Positions 46,201 through 55,088 of a stretch of DNA of 64,000 bases are shown piece by piece. The stretch covers positions 88,431 to 152,430 of the forward strand of contig JAJYDJ010000001.1 in the NCBI GenBank assembly GCA_021777565.1, written 5' to 3'. The position numbers and the translations under genes are program-made. Within the stretch, counting starts at the first letter, position 1. The number at the start of each line of letters is the position of its first letter. The stretch comes from a bacterium. Lineage in GTDB: Bacteria > Patescibacteriota > Microgenomatia > Levybacterales > UBA12049. Below the pieces are notes generated by a model. It made no database searches and was not told the origin of the DNA. It saw nothing but the letters and a program-made list of their open reading frames with translations.

Positions 46201-47050
46201 ACACGGAACTATCCTGCATGCCCGTCCCAACATGGTACACAGCATAGGCTACACTGAAGATCCCAAGTTGTGGCACATGCCAGTATGAGAGGATTGTATT
46301 TTCTACAAGGATAGTCCCCAGTGGATAGGCTTCCTGTTGCATCCAGTCCTCAGGGACTACCCAAATGGGCTCAGCACATCGCCAGAGGACATGCTGGGGA
46401 TTTTTAGGATCAAGAAGCGCAACGCCAACTCGATATTCTGATCCATTGTCTGTGTGGTAGAGAACCAGGATACCTTTTGGTGTGAGGAATGTGTTGGCGA
46501 TATGAATTTCTCGAGTGTCAAAATACCCCTCTCGAGGCTCAAGAACAGTTCCTTGATTGGCCCAGGTGATGAGATCTGAGGAAGTATAGATATCTATCGT
46601 TTTTTCTCCACCAAGTAGAATAGATTGCCTTTTGTAGGTATAGTCAGTAACGATGACTCCACTCGTCTCTGCCTGTATCATCGGTCCTTCCAGTGTCCAG
46701 TGATACAGATCTTTGGACCATGCTTTGCATAATTTCGTCTTTCCTTTTTCATCGACCCTAGTGTAGAGAAGAAGAAAGTGTTGTCCGTACTCAGAAATAG
46801 TAAAGTTGTAGATGTGTGAAAGATTCTCATACGTATGTGGCGCTGTCTCAATAGAAAATGTTCTTGGATCGGCTTGGAAAGAATACCCATCGTCACTGGT
46901 CGCGATATGAAACGTCTCATTGGTGTCTTGTGAGGATTGGAAGTAGAGATAGGCAGTACCAGGAGTTGCGAAGATACCAAGACCCCTCAGATGTGGGTCT
47001 CTTTTGAGTGTCCCAATTAGTACTTTATTCACCACCGTTGAATCGCCCAT
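43205..47050 (-). CDS. Multidomain beta-propeller protein with three tandem GH130-like (glycoside phosphorylase) modules and an N-terminal propeller domain
   Basis: Repeated 'EDARITRIGDRFYMTY', 'EDPRICKVDNEYFVFY', 'EDPRATIVDKTLYLTY' and 'PIKT(K/E/P)DGWLLIYHG' motifs; 1281 aa; no signal peptide. Confidence 0.65.
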   Translation of the reverse strand: MGDSTVVNKVLIGTLKRDPHLRGLGIFATPGTAYLYFQSSQDTNETFHIATSDDGYSFQADPRTFSIETAPHTYENLSHIYNFTISEYGQHFLLLYTRVDEKGKTKLCKAWSKDLYHWTLEGPMIQAETSGVIVTDYTYKRQSILLGGEKTIDIYTSSDLITWANQGTVLEPREGYFDTREIHIANTFLTPKGILVLYHTDNGSEYRVGVALLDPKNPQHVLWRCAEPIWVVPEDWMQQEAYPLGTILVENTILSYWHVPQLGIFSVAYAVYHVGTGMQDSSVSLHLARPETNPLIAPQPTAWESHGTFNPAAIYDSGKVHILYRAQGDDWVSVVGYASSSDGIHIDERLEEPIYRPSEPFEYTPYIKPEEVVTEYMSAGGCGGVEDARITRIGDRFYMTYVAFNGYDQPRIALTSIAAADFLNKRWLWEKPVLISPPGVIDKNAVIFPEKVNGKYVVMHRIFPDILIDFVDSLEFDGKDNFLKGEFKISPRPDMWDSRKIAAGAPPIKTKDGWLLIYHGTCDQEGAGRYLVGAMLLDLDDPTKVIARSKAPILEPEAWYEWEGFKGGVVYPCGAVVIGDTLYVYYGGADWHVCVATANLEQFLSELKYSEVAKLSHPIIQSLFDTKKAARSTQNPILSPDPEHPWEAQGTMNGSILIEPHAVRFVYRADSAEQDYEGHKLNLRTVGIADTKDGIHFTRRRQLVVPSEDWDRYGCEDPRICKVDNEYFVFYTALGGFPYGPDNIKVGLALFTDLSGKPEKHLITPFNAKAMVLLSEKINGKYVALLTVDTDVPPKPDQICIATFDKKEDMWDEMYWNQWYRELDKHILPVRRMTSDQVEVGAVPIKTEKGWLFIYSHMQHYDRPDKRILGVEAVLLDLNNPYNIIAWTESPILTPEATYEINGIAPRVVFPTGAAIVSGLLYVYYGAADQYCALATFDIDDVYAHMRTNAVVPIRVKKYDTPLLSPIPEHQWEEKAVFNPAVICISPEDCTAARDKELHILYRAMSTDNTSVLGHADTKDGLTISKRGEIPIYVPRAEFERKKNPGNNSGCEDPRATIVDKTLYLTYTAYNGVEPPRVALTSISIDNFHAREYNWADPILLSPPGIDDKDAALFPEKFGERFCVIHRLQNSIALSFVEDFTQIDDTHWMHTHAYIPPRGDSWDSEKIGVSAPPIKTPDGWLLLYHGVSKLSHIYRVGAMLLDLKDPSIVLSRTPWPIMEPDQQYEISGIVNNVVFPCGAVVKDDTLYIYYGAADTRVGVATISFSKLLTYLRDIKSPSYLG

Positions 47051-47219
47051 ATATGCTCGCTTTCAGGAAGTAGTAACTTTATAGTAACATATTTCACCCC
47101 CCTTATTTAGTTCTGGTATCGAAAACTGACATATCCCTGAAATTCTTGATTTTATGATACGTAATTTTATATTGAATTGACGTGACACACCTCACTCATC
47201 TTTGGTACAATGGGATACC

Positions 47220-48404
47220 ATGCTGAAGGGAAATAAAACTCTATTTATTGTCGCACTTATCGCTATCGTCAATGCGTTAGGCTACGGGATTATCATCCCG
47301 ATTTTGTATACGTATTCTCAGCGTTTTGGGTTAACCGTGTTTCAAAATGGTCTTTTGTTTACAACCTTTTCTTTGTGTCAATTTGTCTCAGCGCCATTTA
47401 TCGGTAGATTGTCAGATAAATATGGACGACGCCCGACATTGACTGTTTCTATTGCTGGTACGGCTTTGTCGTTCTTTACCATGGCATTTGCGCCAAGTAT
47501 TTTTTATCTTTTTCTCGCCCGTATTATTGATGGTGTGACAGCAGGGAATTTCCCAGTACTTTCTGCAGTCATCTCAGATACGCTGGAGCCTAAAGACCGG
47601 GCGAAGGGATTTGGGGTGGTCGGAGCAGCTTTCGGATTTGGATTCGTTTTTGGCCCTGCTATCTCTGCATTAACTTTTGGCATTAACCCCGCGCTGCCAT
47701 TTCTGATCTCAGGCATTATTACTGTGATTGCCACCATCATGACCTGGATGCTATTACCAGAAACGAACAAACACATGGGACAGGTAGAGCATAAACACAT
47801 GTTTGATTTTTCAGGTCTGTATCATGCACTCTTTGACCACAATGTAAATTTGCTTTTGATTATTGGTCTGGTGTACTCACTGGTATTCTCAGCCTACATT
47901 ACAATCTTTCAGCCATATGCCAATAACGTATTGCATTACACAGGTACCCAGCTGTCTCTTTTCTTCACGGGTATCGGTGTAATTGGTATTATCACGCAGG
48001 TTGCACTGATTGGACGATTTACCAAATGGTTTGGTCCACGACTTTTGTACTCGCTCTCACTTTTCTCAAGCATTTTAGTTTTTCTTGGGATGTATGCCTC
48101 TGGTCGTGGGGTGATCTTTGTACTCTTCGGACTTTTGTTTGCTCTAGTAAATTCATTTATCAGTCCATTAACCCAGACTCTTTTGTCCAATGAAACAGAT
48201 GATAAGTCCCAGGGGTCAATGCAGGGGATTAGTGCATCGTATGCAAGTATTGGCCAAATCATTGGGCCAATTATCGGCGGATTTATGGCATCACTTTCTC
48301 TGTCAGTGCCGTTCTTGGGCATTGCAGGGTTAGCACTTCTTTGTTTTCTCATATCACTTGGCATTCACAAGCCAAAAGTACGCGTCCATGCATTTGAAAA
48401 ATAA
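47220..48404 (+). CDS. MFS transporter
   Basis: 'GRLSDKYGRRP' MFS loop 2-3 motif; 12 TM helices; TACAAT-N9-ATG (ORF-track TTG at 47202). Confidence 0.8.
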   Translation: MLKGNKTLFIVALIAIVNALGYGIIIPILYTYSQRFGLTVFQNGLLFTTFSLCQFVSAPFIGRLSDKYGRRPTLTVSIAGTALSFFTMAFAPSIFYLFLARIIDGVTAGNFPVLSAVISDTLEPKDRAKGFGVVGAAFGFGFVFGPAISALTFGINPALPFLISGIITVIATIMTWMLLPETNKHMGQVEHKHMFDFSGLYHALFDHNVNLLLIIGLVYSLVFSAYITIFQPYANNVLHYTGTQLSLFFTGIGVIGIITQVALIGRFTKWFGPRLLYSLSLFSSILVFLGMYASGRGVIFVLFGLLFALVNSFISPLTQTLLSNETDDKSQGSMQGISASYASIGQIIGPIIGGFMASLSLSVPFLGIAGLALLCFLISLGIHKPKVRVHAFEK

Positions 48405-48407
48405 CCT

Positions 48408-48869
48408 ATGAGTGTCTTTGAAGAAATTCAGCAACTTCTGACAGAAAAACATATTGAGTATCATCTTTCAGAACATGAGAAAGTTCGTACTAGTGAAGAA
48501 GCCGCAAAAGCTCGTGGTCTTGATCCCAAAACAGGTGCCAAGGCAATGGTTGTGAAGTTACCGGAGGAGTATATCTTATGCGTCTTGCCGGGTAATTGTG
48601 TGATCGATTGGAAAAAATTGAAGCTCCATCTTGGGGTAAAAAGAATTCGGCTGGCAACAGAAGAAGAAGCCGAAAGCATAACCCATGTCGAAATGGGATG
48701 TGTACCACCACTTGGGAATGTACTGCACTTAAAAACCTATCTTGATCCAAAAGTTCTGGAAAATGAATGGATTAATTTTAACCCGGGGAGTCGAACTCGC
48801 ACGATTCAGATGCGAAGTAGTGATTTGGTTACTTTGGCAGAACCAGAAATCCTTCCGTTTACCCTCTAG
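48408..48869 (+). CDS. YbaK/ProX-type aminoacyl-tRNA deacylase domain protein
   Basis: About 153 aa; 'KAMVVKL...GCVPPLG' pattern of the YbaK editing domain. Confidence 0.6.
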   Translation: MSVFEEIQQLLTEKHIEYHLSEHEKVRTSEEAAKARGLDPKTGAKAMVVKLPEEYILCVLPGNCVIDWKKLKLHLGVKRIRLATEEEAESITHVEMGCVPPLGNVLHLKTYLDPKVLENEWINFNPGSRTRTIQMRSSDLVTLAEPEILPFTL

Positions 48870-48889
48870 ATTTTGATACGATTGCACAT

Positions 48890-49396
48890 ATGGGGCGAAA
48901 AGTGATAGTGAATGATCTCATGCAAAAAAACTACGTGTATGAGTGCACCGAGCCGATGGGCAAAAACTTTGCTCCCGATTTTCATCCCGAACTTACTCCA
49001 CAGGAAATGCTCGCACTTGGGGTGTTTGGTGGAAAATACATGACCGATTGCAGAGAGGAGTTCCCAGAAGAATGGTATGTGCATGCAAAGTTGTGTCACC
49101 AGTTTCATGACCCTCATCTTAATTTTTTTGGTGTGAATGCTTCACAACCACTTTCTGTTTGGCGACAAAAGGGATGGATTTATCCAGATGATCCACGCGG
49201 GTGGTTTCAGTGGTATTGTCGCTATTTTATGGGAAGACGAATACCGGATGAAGATGCTCGGCAGATAAAAAGGTGGAGGGCGATCAGAAGACATGTGTCT
49301 CAAGTTAAAAAAAATTGTAGCAAGGGGGATTTCTCTTGCCATAGAAAACAAAGACAGGCACTACTGCACTGGGCATACGACAGCAGGTTGCTTTAA
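48890..49396 (+). CDS. Hypothetical protein
   Basis: 168 aa, Trp/Cys-rich. Confidence 0.45.
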   Translation: MGRKVIVNDLMQKNYVYECTEPMGKNFAPDFHPELTPQEMLALGVFGGKYMTDCREEFPEEWYVHAKLCHQFHDPHLNFFGVNASQPLSVWRQKGWIYPDDPRGWFQWYCRYFMGRRIPDEDARQIKRWRAIRRHVSQVKKNCSKGDFSCHRKQRQALLHWAYDSRLL

Positions 49397-49405
49397 ATAG
49401 CAAAA

Positions 49406-49443
49406 CTCGTGATGAAAACCCCAAATGACATTTTCATCACGAG
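49406..49443. terminator. Bidirectional terminator, 13-bp perfect stem
   Basis: CTCGTGATGAAAA-(12 nt)-TTTTCATCACGAG between convergent genes. Confidence 0.6.
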
Positions 49444-49450
49444 TTGATTC

Positions 49451-49729
49451 TTATACCGCAGGTGTTTCTTCTGCTGGCATTGCTTCACTTTCACCCTCTT
49501 CTGGGAGAGAGTTGTAGGTCTGCATGAACTGGTTACGCCATGCTTCCATCTTTGCTGGGTCTTGCTGAGCTTCATCCATCATTTGCTTTGCTTCCTGATG
49601 GGTAGTATCTCCCTGGGCAAGCATGTCCGTAATATGTTGGCCACCTTTACTCATCATCTCTTCAGGGGTTGCTGCTTCGATGACGGCATCGCATGGACCA
49701 CCCATTTGTCGACAAGTCATTTTCTTCAT
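49451..49729 (-). CDS. DUF1059-like small metal-binding protein
   Basis: 'MKKMTCRQMGGPCDAVIEA...GGQH' pattern. ATG at 49729; the ORF track extends to 49750. Confidence 0.5.
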   Translation of the reverse strand: MKKMTCRQMGGPCDAVIEAATPEEMMSKGGQHITDMLAQGDTTHQEAKQMMDEAQQDPAKMEAWRNQFMQTYNSLPEEGESEAMPAEETPAV

Positions 49730-49859
49730 AGTATTCACCTCCTTTCTCACTGTTTACTATAAAGAACAAAATGAGATATGACAAGTAAAAGTGTGATAAA
49801 AATCATTTTACCTATTTACAACACTGCTATAAGTCTTCTACGCTAGATATGGATTTTAT

Positions 49860-50453
49860 ATGTTGGTCAGAAAAGTGTTGTTGTTAATTTTTTTTATTCT
49901 CGTAGGTTTAACCGTAGGACTTGTCTGGTACGCTACCCACTTTAAAGCATATGCCCCTCTCGCACCAGTTCTGTATCCATTAACTACGTACACGAATGCA
50001 AAGTATGGATTTTCTATCTCCTATCCTGTCTCTCTTGCTCTTCGAGAATTCCCGGATAGCCCAACTGGTGGGGGATTTCGTCCCTCAGATAAGCCCAATG
50101 ACCCACAATATGAGGTTATCACTGTCAATGTGATTCCCAAGGTCTCGGATATCCCCTTTGATGAGTATGTGAAAACTGCAGCGGCACAAGAGATACAAAA
50201 TTACACCCATCTGGATTCGCTCGGGGAGATACATACAACGAGTGGGCTCCTTGGGTATACCACTACCTGGCAGGTTACATCACCCGCAGTATTTGGCCTC
50301 CAGCCAAAACCAAAAACATTTATCTCTCTGCCTATTACTTATTTTGATCTTCCCAAAAGTAATCCTCCTGCGACTGTACAAGTCTGGATCTCAGACCCAT
50401 CTTACATGAGGCAATACGAGGTCATGATTAAAAGCTTCACCTTAACTGAGTAG
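49860..50453 (+). CDS. Membrane-anchored hypothetical protein ('TNAKYGFSISYP' family)
   Basis: N-terminal TM; shares the 'NAK(Y/F)G(F/Y)(S/T)I.YP' motif with 57477-58244. Confidence 0.5.
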   Translation: MLVRKVLLLIFFILVGLTVGLVWYATHFKAYAPLAPVLYPLTTYTNAKYGFSISYPVSLALREFPDSPTGGGFRPSDKPNDPQYEVITVNVIPKVSDIPFDEYVKTAAAQEIQNYTHLDSLGEIHTTSGLLGYTTTWQVTSPAVFGLQPKPKTFISLPITYFDLPKSNPPATVQVWISDPSYMRQYEVMIKSFTLTE

Positions 50454-50493
50454 GTGTCTTGCAAATCACAGATAGTCGTTTCATACTGAAATT

Positions 50494-51756
50494 GTGTTTA
50501 AGTTTTTTACTACACTCTTAATGGGGCTGAGCACATTTCTAAGTCCTATTACCCATACACTCACGGGTACATCTGCGATTACCAGTACTCCCCAACAGAC
50601 CATAACCCAGGATGCACTGGTACAAATGGCAGGGAATCCCTATGCAGATGGCAACCTGCCTCTTGGAGATAAAAAATATGTGACTGATGCTCCAAAGCAA
50701 GGATATATTTATTTGTGTAATGTGCAAACGAGCACTGGTGGTGGCGCACAGAAGGCTGGTCCTTGGATTCATGGGAATACATGGAATTATATAGAGAAAA
50801 TCGCGGTGAATGGTCATGTGTCCTGGCCCACCGCAACATTTTCTAATTCTGTGAATGGTGATACGAGGACACTCAGTGGAAATGATTTGCCAAACCATAA
50901 TACCGGTATTTTCCCAATTGCTTCGACCGATCCTGCCTCGGCCTATGATAAGAACCCAAATTCTATCAAGCCGCAGAACTTCACATTGTCTCTTCCTGTG
51001 ACACCAACGTATTCGGATATACCCCATTGTATGGGTGGGGAAGTAGGAGTAATGCTCACTGGCGTTGCGTTATTTAATGGTTTTGATGCAGAGTATCGTG
51101 ATGCTGCTGCCAATGAAGTCCAGGATAGTTGTGATGGTCATCCCCAAGAAAGTGGCGAGTATCATTATCACAGTCTAAGCAGTTGTATTACGGATACGAG
51201 TGAGACAACGATCATTGGGTATGCGCTTGATGGATTTCCAATTACTGGGCCAAAAGTCGCAGAAGGCAAATACCTGACAACCGCCAATCTGGACGAGTGC
51301 CATGGAATTACCAGTGAAATTATGGTTGATGGTAATAAAGTCGTAATGTATCACTACGTGATGACTCAGGACTTCCCATACTCGGTGAGTTGCTTTAGAG
51401 GACAGCCTGTTAGTATGCAAGTCATGCAGCAATCTATGCAGCAGGGACAGGGTCAGCAAGGCCAACAAGGGAGGCCAGGCATGACTATCTCTGGTCAACC
51501 GGCCCAGATCACTGGCCAACCACCACAAGCGGCGATCACTGCCTGTACGGGAGTAGCTACAGGGACAACATGTAGTTTTGCAGGACCAAGAGGCACGATT
51601 ACCGGCACGTGCCAAACGCCTCCCAATCAGAAAAATATGATTTGTGTACCAAGTAACACGGCTCGTCCTCAAGGGACCTGCACGCCACGACCTGCGTGTT
51701 TGAATGCCAAACCACCCTGCATGATCGCGGTAACTTCTAACATGTGTCCTCAATAA
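50494..51756 (+). CDS. YHYH-motif secreted protein with Gln/Gly-rich linker and Cys-rich C-terminus
   Basis: 'SGEYHYHSLSSC'; low-complexity 'QQGQGQQGQQGRPG'; GTG start as in the ORF track. Confidence 0.5.
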   Translation: MFKFFTTLLMGLSTFLSPITHTLTGTSAITSTPQQTITQDALVQMAGNPYADGNLPLGDKKYVTDAPKQGYIYLCNVQTSTGGGAQKAGPWIHGNTWNYIEKIAVNGHVSWPTATFSNSVNGDTRTLSGNDLPNHNTGIFPIASTDPASAYDKNPNSIKPQNFTLSLPVTPTYSDIPHCMGGEVGVMLTGVALFNGFDAEYRDAAANEVQDSCDGHPQESGEYHYHSLSSCITDTSETTIIGYALDGFPITGPKVAEGKYLTTANLDECHGITSEIMVDGNKVVMYHYVMTQDFPYSVSCFRGQPVSMQVMQQSMQQGQGQQGQQGRPGMTISGQPAQITGQPPQAAITACTGVATGTTCSFAGPRGTITGTCQTPPNQKNMICVPSNTARPQGTCTPRPACLNAKPPCMIAVTSNMCPQ

Positions 51757-51804
51757 GGACATTCAGAAGAATAGGGTGGTGACAGTGTTATACTTGGATT
51801 TGCT

Positions 51805-54150
51805 ATGGATCATGGATTAACCTCTCAAGAAGCTACAAAATTAGTCAAAACATCTGGATATAATGAAATTCCAGAGAAACACACATATCTTTTTACAAAA
51901 ATACTGAAAAATATTTTCTCTCCCATTGGTGGCATGTTACTGCTGGCGTCAGCTTTGTCATTTATATTAGGAAAAACGTTTGATGGATATTTCATTCTGA
52001 TACTTCTTGGGATAAACATCATCATTACCCTCTGGCAGGAGAATAAAGCAGATACGGCGATTAGAAAGCTCAATGAGCACCTTGCGCAGCAGGTCAAAAC
52101 ACTTCGCGATGGGAAGTGGCAATCTATCCCATCACGACTTTTGGTCCCAGGGGACGTCATTCAACTTGCTTCAGGAGAAGTCATCCCGGCTGATGGAGAA
52201 GTGGGTGAAGCACACCACGTGTCAGTGAATGAATCAGCGCTGACTGGAGAGTCACTGCCAAAAGACAAAAAGGCAAAAGATGCCGTGTTCTCGGGATCAT
52301 TCCTGACAACAGGAATTGCAACCATTACGATTACTGCAACTGGTGTGCATACCAAGTTTGGCAAGACGGTTTTTTCAGTAGAAAGGCTACGTAAAAAAAG
52401 CCTTTTGGAACAGGATATTCTTAGTATTTCCAGATTCCTTACGGTTCTGAGTCTAATCGCTGTTGCACTTCTTAGTATTGTTTTCTACCTGCGCCATGCG
52501 CCGCTTCTTGAGTTATTGACGTTGGACTTAAGTCTTATTATCGCGGGTATTCCTATCAGTCTGCCAACCGTTATGACACTCATTATAGAGTTTGGGGTTC
52601 TTGCGCTCGCTGCCAAGGATGTTATTGTCAGACGACTCTCGGCTCTGGAAGACTTGGCGAATGTAAATTTCCTGCTTACTGATAAGACGGGGACACTGAC
52701 AAAAAATAAAATTACCGTGCAGGATGTGTATGCATATGACGGGTTTACTCACGAAGATGTACTACTTTATAGTGCGCTTCCGGCGACACTGGAAAGTGAC
52801 AATCCGATCGATCAAGCACTCCTTGAGAAAATAAAGGAGTCTCGTATACACCTGCCTCACTTTGAAAAAACTGATTTGACCCCTGCTGACTCTGAGCGTA
52901 AGCGAACGACACTTGTAGCCACGCTTAATAAGCAAATACAAACGATTTCGGTAGGTGCCCCGCAAATTATCGCGCAGTATTGTTCTTTGGACAAAAAAAC
53001 AAAAGAAAAGTTCAGTCGGGAAGTCGAGAATCTTGCTCAAGGCGGCTATCGTACGCTCGCAGTTGCGCTGGGGAAGGGAAAAGTGGAAAAAAACATGCAG
53101 ATTGTTGGGCTTATTGCCCTCTCTGACACGCTCAGAAGCGATGCAAAATCTGTTATCGAATTTCTTGAAGAAAATGGCATTGAGGTGTCGATGGTCACTG
53201 GCGACAATCGCGCTATTGCTGCAAATATAGCCAAACAGCTTTCTCTAGACGAAGGGACAGTTGTCACCAAGGATGTCTTAGACAAAGAAGGGATAGCGAA
53301 CATCCCTGCATCATTGTATGAAAAGACTGGTGCTTTTGCTGAAGTATTACCAGAGGACAAACTTCATTTGGTAGAAAGAGCAAAACAGTTCTTTGTCATC
53401 GCAGCAAATGGGGATGGCGTGAATGATTTGCCAGCGATTAAGGCTGCCAATGTCGGCATTGCGGTACAAAATGCAGTCACCGCACTGAAAGCAACGGCAG
53501 ATATTGTTTTGTTATCAGCAGGCATCAAGGTTATTCGTGATGCCATTATTGAAAGCCGTAAAATCTTTGAACGATTGTATACCTACTCCTTGTATCGTAT
53601 CTCCGAAAGTCTGCGTCTCATTCTGACGATTGGCATTCTAGGCGTGTTCTATGGTGTATACCCAATGACGGCGCTGCAGATTATTCTCCTAGCGCTTCTG
53701 AATGACTTACCAATTATTGCGCTGGCATCAGATCATGTGAAGACAACCAATCGTCCAGCAAAAATTGATGCAAAGAAACGATTTATCCTGAGTTCATCTT
53801 TTGGGTTGGTAGGGGTAGCAAATAGTTTATTGTTATTCTTTCTGGTGCGAAGTGTCTGGATGTTGCCTTGGGAAGTGGTACAGACCATGTATTTTCTTAA
53901 ATTGACTGTATCAGGGCATATGCTCATTTATGTGGCTCATACAAAAGAGCGCTGGTGGAAATTCTTCCCGAGTCATCAGGTGATCTTGGCGACGACACTG
54001 ACCCAAATTGTGGCTACGGGGCTAGCATACACAGGATTTCTCATGTCAGGCAGACTCTCTCTCTGGCAGATTGGCTTTGTCTGGGTGTGGTCATTTTTCT
54101 GGATGCAGGTGAGTGAAGTCATGAAAGTAGTACAAGAGAAAATTACGTAG
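51805..54150 (+). CDS. P-type cation-transporting ATPase (P3A/P2-like)
   Basis: 'DKTGTLT' phosphorylation site, 'TGDN', 'GDGVNDLPA'. Confidence 0.85.
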   Translation: MDHGLTSQEATKLVKTSGYNEIPEKHTYLFTKILKNIFSPIGGMLLLASALSFILGKTFDGYFILILLGINIIITLWQENKADTAIRKLNEHLAQQVKTLRDGKWQSIPSRLLVPGDVIQLASGEVIPADGEVGEAHHVSVNESALTGESLPKDKKAKDAVFSGSFLTTGIATITITATGVHTKFGKTVFSVERLRKKSLLEQDILSISRFLTVLSLIAVALLSIVFYLRHAPLLELLTLDLSLIIAGIPISLPTVMTLIIEFGVLALAAKDVIVRRLSALEDLANVNFLLTDKTGTLTKNKITVQDVYAYDGFTHEDVLLYSALPATLESDNPIDQALLEKIKESRIHLPHFEKTDLTPADSERKRTTLVATLNKQIQTISVGAPQIIAQYCSLDKKTKEKFSREVENLAQGGYRTLAVALGKGKVEKNMQIVGLIALSDTLRSDAKSVIEFLEENGIEVSMVTGDNRAIAANIAKQLSLDEGTVVTKDVLDKEGIANIPASLYEKTGAFAEVLPEDKLHLVERAKQFFVIAANGDGVNDLPAIKAANVGIAVQNAVTALKATADIVLLSAGIKVIRDAIIESRKIFERLYTYSLYRISESLRLILTIGILGVFYGVYPMTALQIILLALLNDLPIIALASDHVKTTNRPAKIDAKKRFILSSSFGLVGVANSLLLFFLVRSVWMLPWEVVQTMYFLKLTVSGHMLIYVAHTKERWWKFFPSHQVILATTLTQIVATGLAYTGFLMSGRLSLWQIGFVWVWSFFWMQVSEVMKVVQEKIT

Positions 54151-54157
54151 TACTTAC

Positions 54158-54979
54158 TTAGTGTTGGAAAAGCTCATTCATTCGTTGCTTCTCAGTAGAT
54201 GTATCACCTACGCGTACTCCTGTAAACACGTGTTCCTGGACGAATTGATCTTGTCCGTCTGAGAAGTATGGTCCATCGCCTTGGAATTGACAGGTGTTAG
54301 AGAGTCTCATCTCTTTGGAGATAATCATATCTTGTCTATTGGTAAGCCCGGGGAATGCTTTCTGATATTCTGCAAAAACAGCATCGCTCATGTAGTTAAA
54401 GATGGAATCCATCTTTTTATATGGCTCACAGTTATGATCTTTGCACTCTGGTGGAAGCGCAAGTACGCCAACGCGTACATCCATACTTTCAAATTGTTGA
54501 TTTGGATCTTCTTTGGTTGCATACCCAAGCAGGGTGCCAGCAGTAACTTTATGTGGCCATCCCTCAAACTGAGGTAAAACTTTTGAATGCAAAACACTGA
54601 GTCTCCATTGATTCATCCACCACCATGGAAATTGAGTAGAAAGTGGGTAGATACTGATGCCCTCTGGTCCACCATCAAATACATATCCATCAAATGGCGC
54701 ATAAATTGCAAGTTGTCCATCGCCAATGCCTGGCTTGCCATAAAAATAATGTTGAGTATTACTATGTGGTTCATCTGACCAGGCTGGCACTGTCTCATGA
54801 CCATCACAACTTCTGAATTTAGAAACTGTGTAAATTTGTGACAAGTCCACAATATTGTGTGTAATGACAAAATCGCTTGGTGGGTGAGGGGGGATGAATT
54901 GGGAAACAACACAGACAAGAGCAAGAAGTCCTAGTGGAATGAGGATGATACACGCAATTATCTTTGTGATCTTCATCAT
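54158..54979 (-). CDS. Membrane-anchored/secreted hypothetical protein
   Basis: N-terminal TM 'IIACIILIPLGLLALVCVV'; Trp-rich. Confidence 0.5.
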   Translation of the reverse strand: MMKITKIIACIILIPLGLLALVCVVSQFIPPHPPSDFVITHNIVDLSQIYTVSKFRSCDGHETVPAWSDEPHSNTQHYFYGKPGIGDGQLAIYAPFDGYVFDGGPEGISIYPLSTQFPWWWMNQWRLSVLHSKVLPQFEGWPHKVTAGTLLGYATKEDPNQQFESMDVRVGVLALPPECKDHNCEPYKKMDSIFNYMSDAVFAEYQKAFPGLTNRQDMIISKEMRLSNTCQFQGDGPYFSDGQDQFVQEHVFTGVRVGDTSTEKQRMNELFQH

Positions 54980-55088
54980 ATTTTAAGTATGGACTCAAAC
55001 TCTGTCCAAGTGCAAGGACTGTTTTGACAAGCGAAATGATTCACTATTGTTTTGAATATGTGTTTGCTATACTTTTATTGTACCCATC

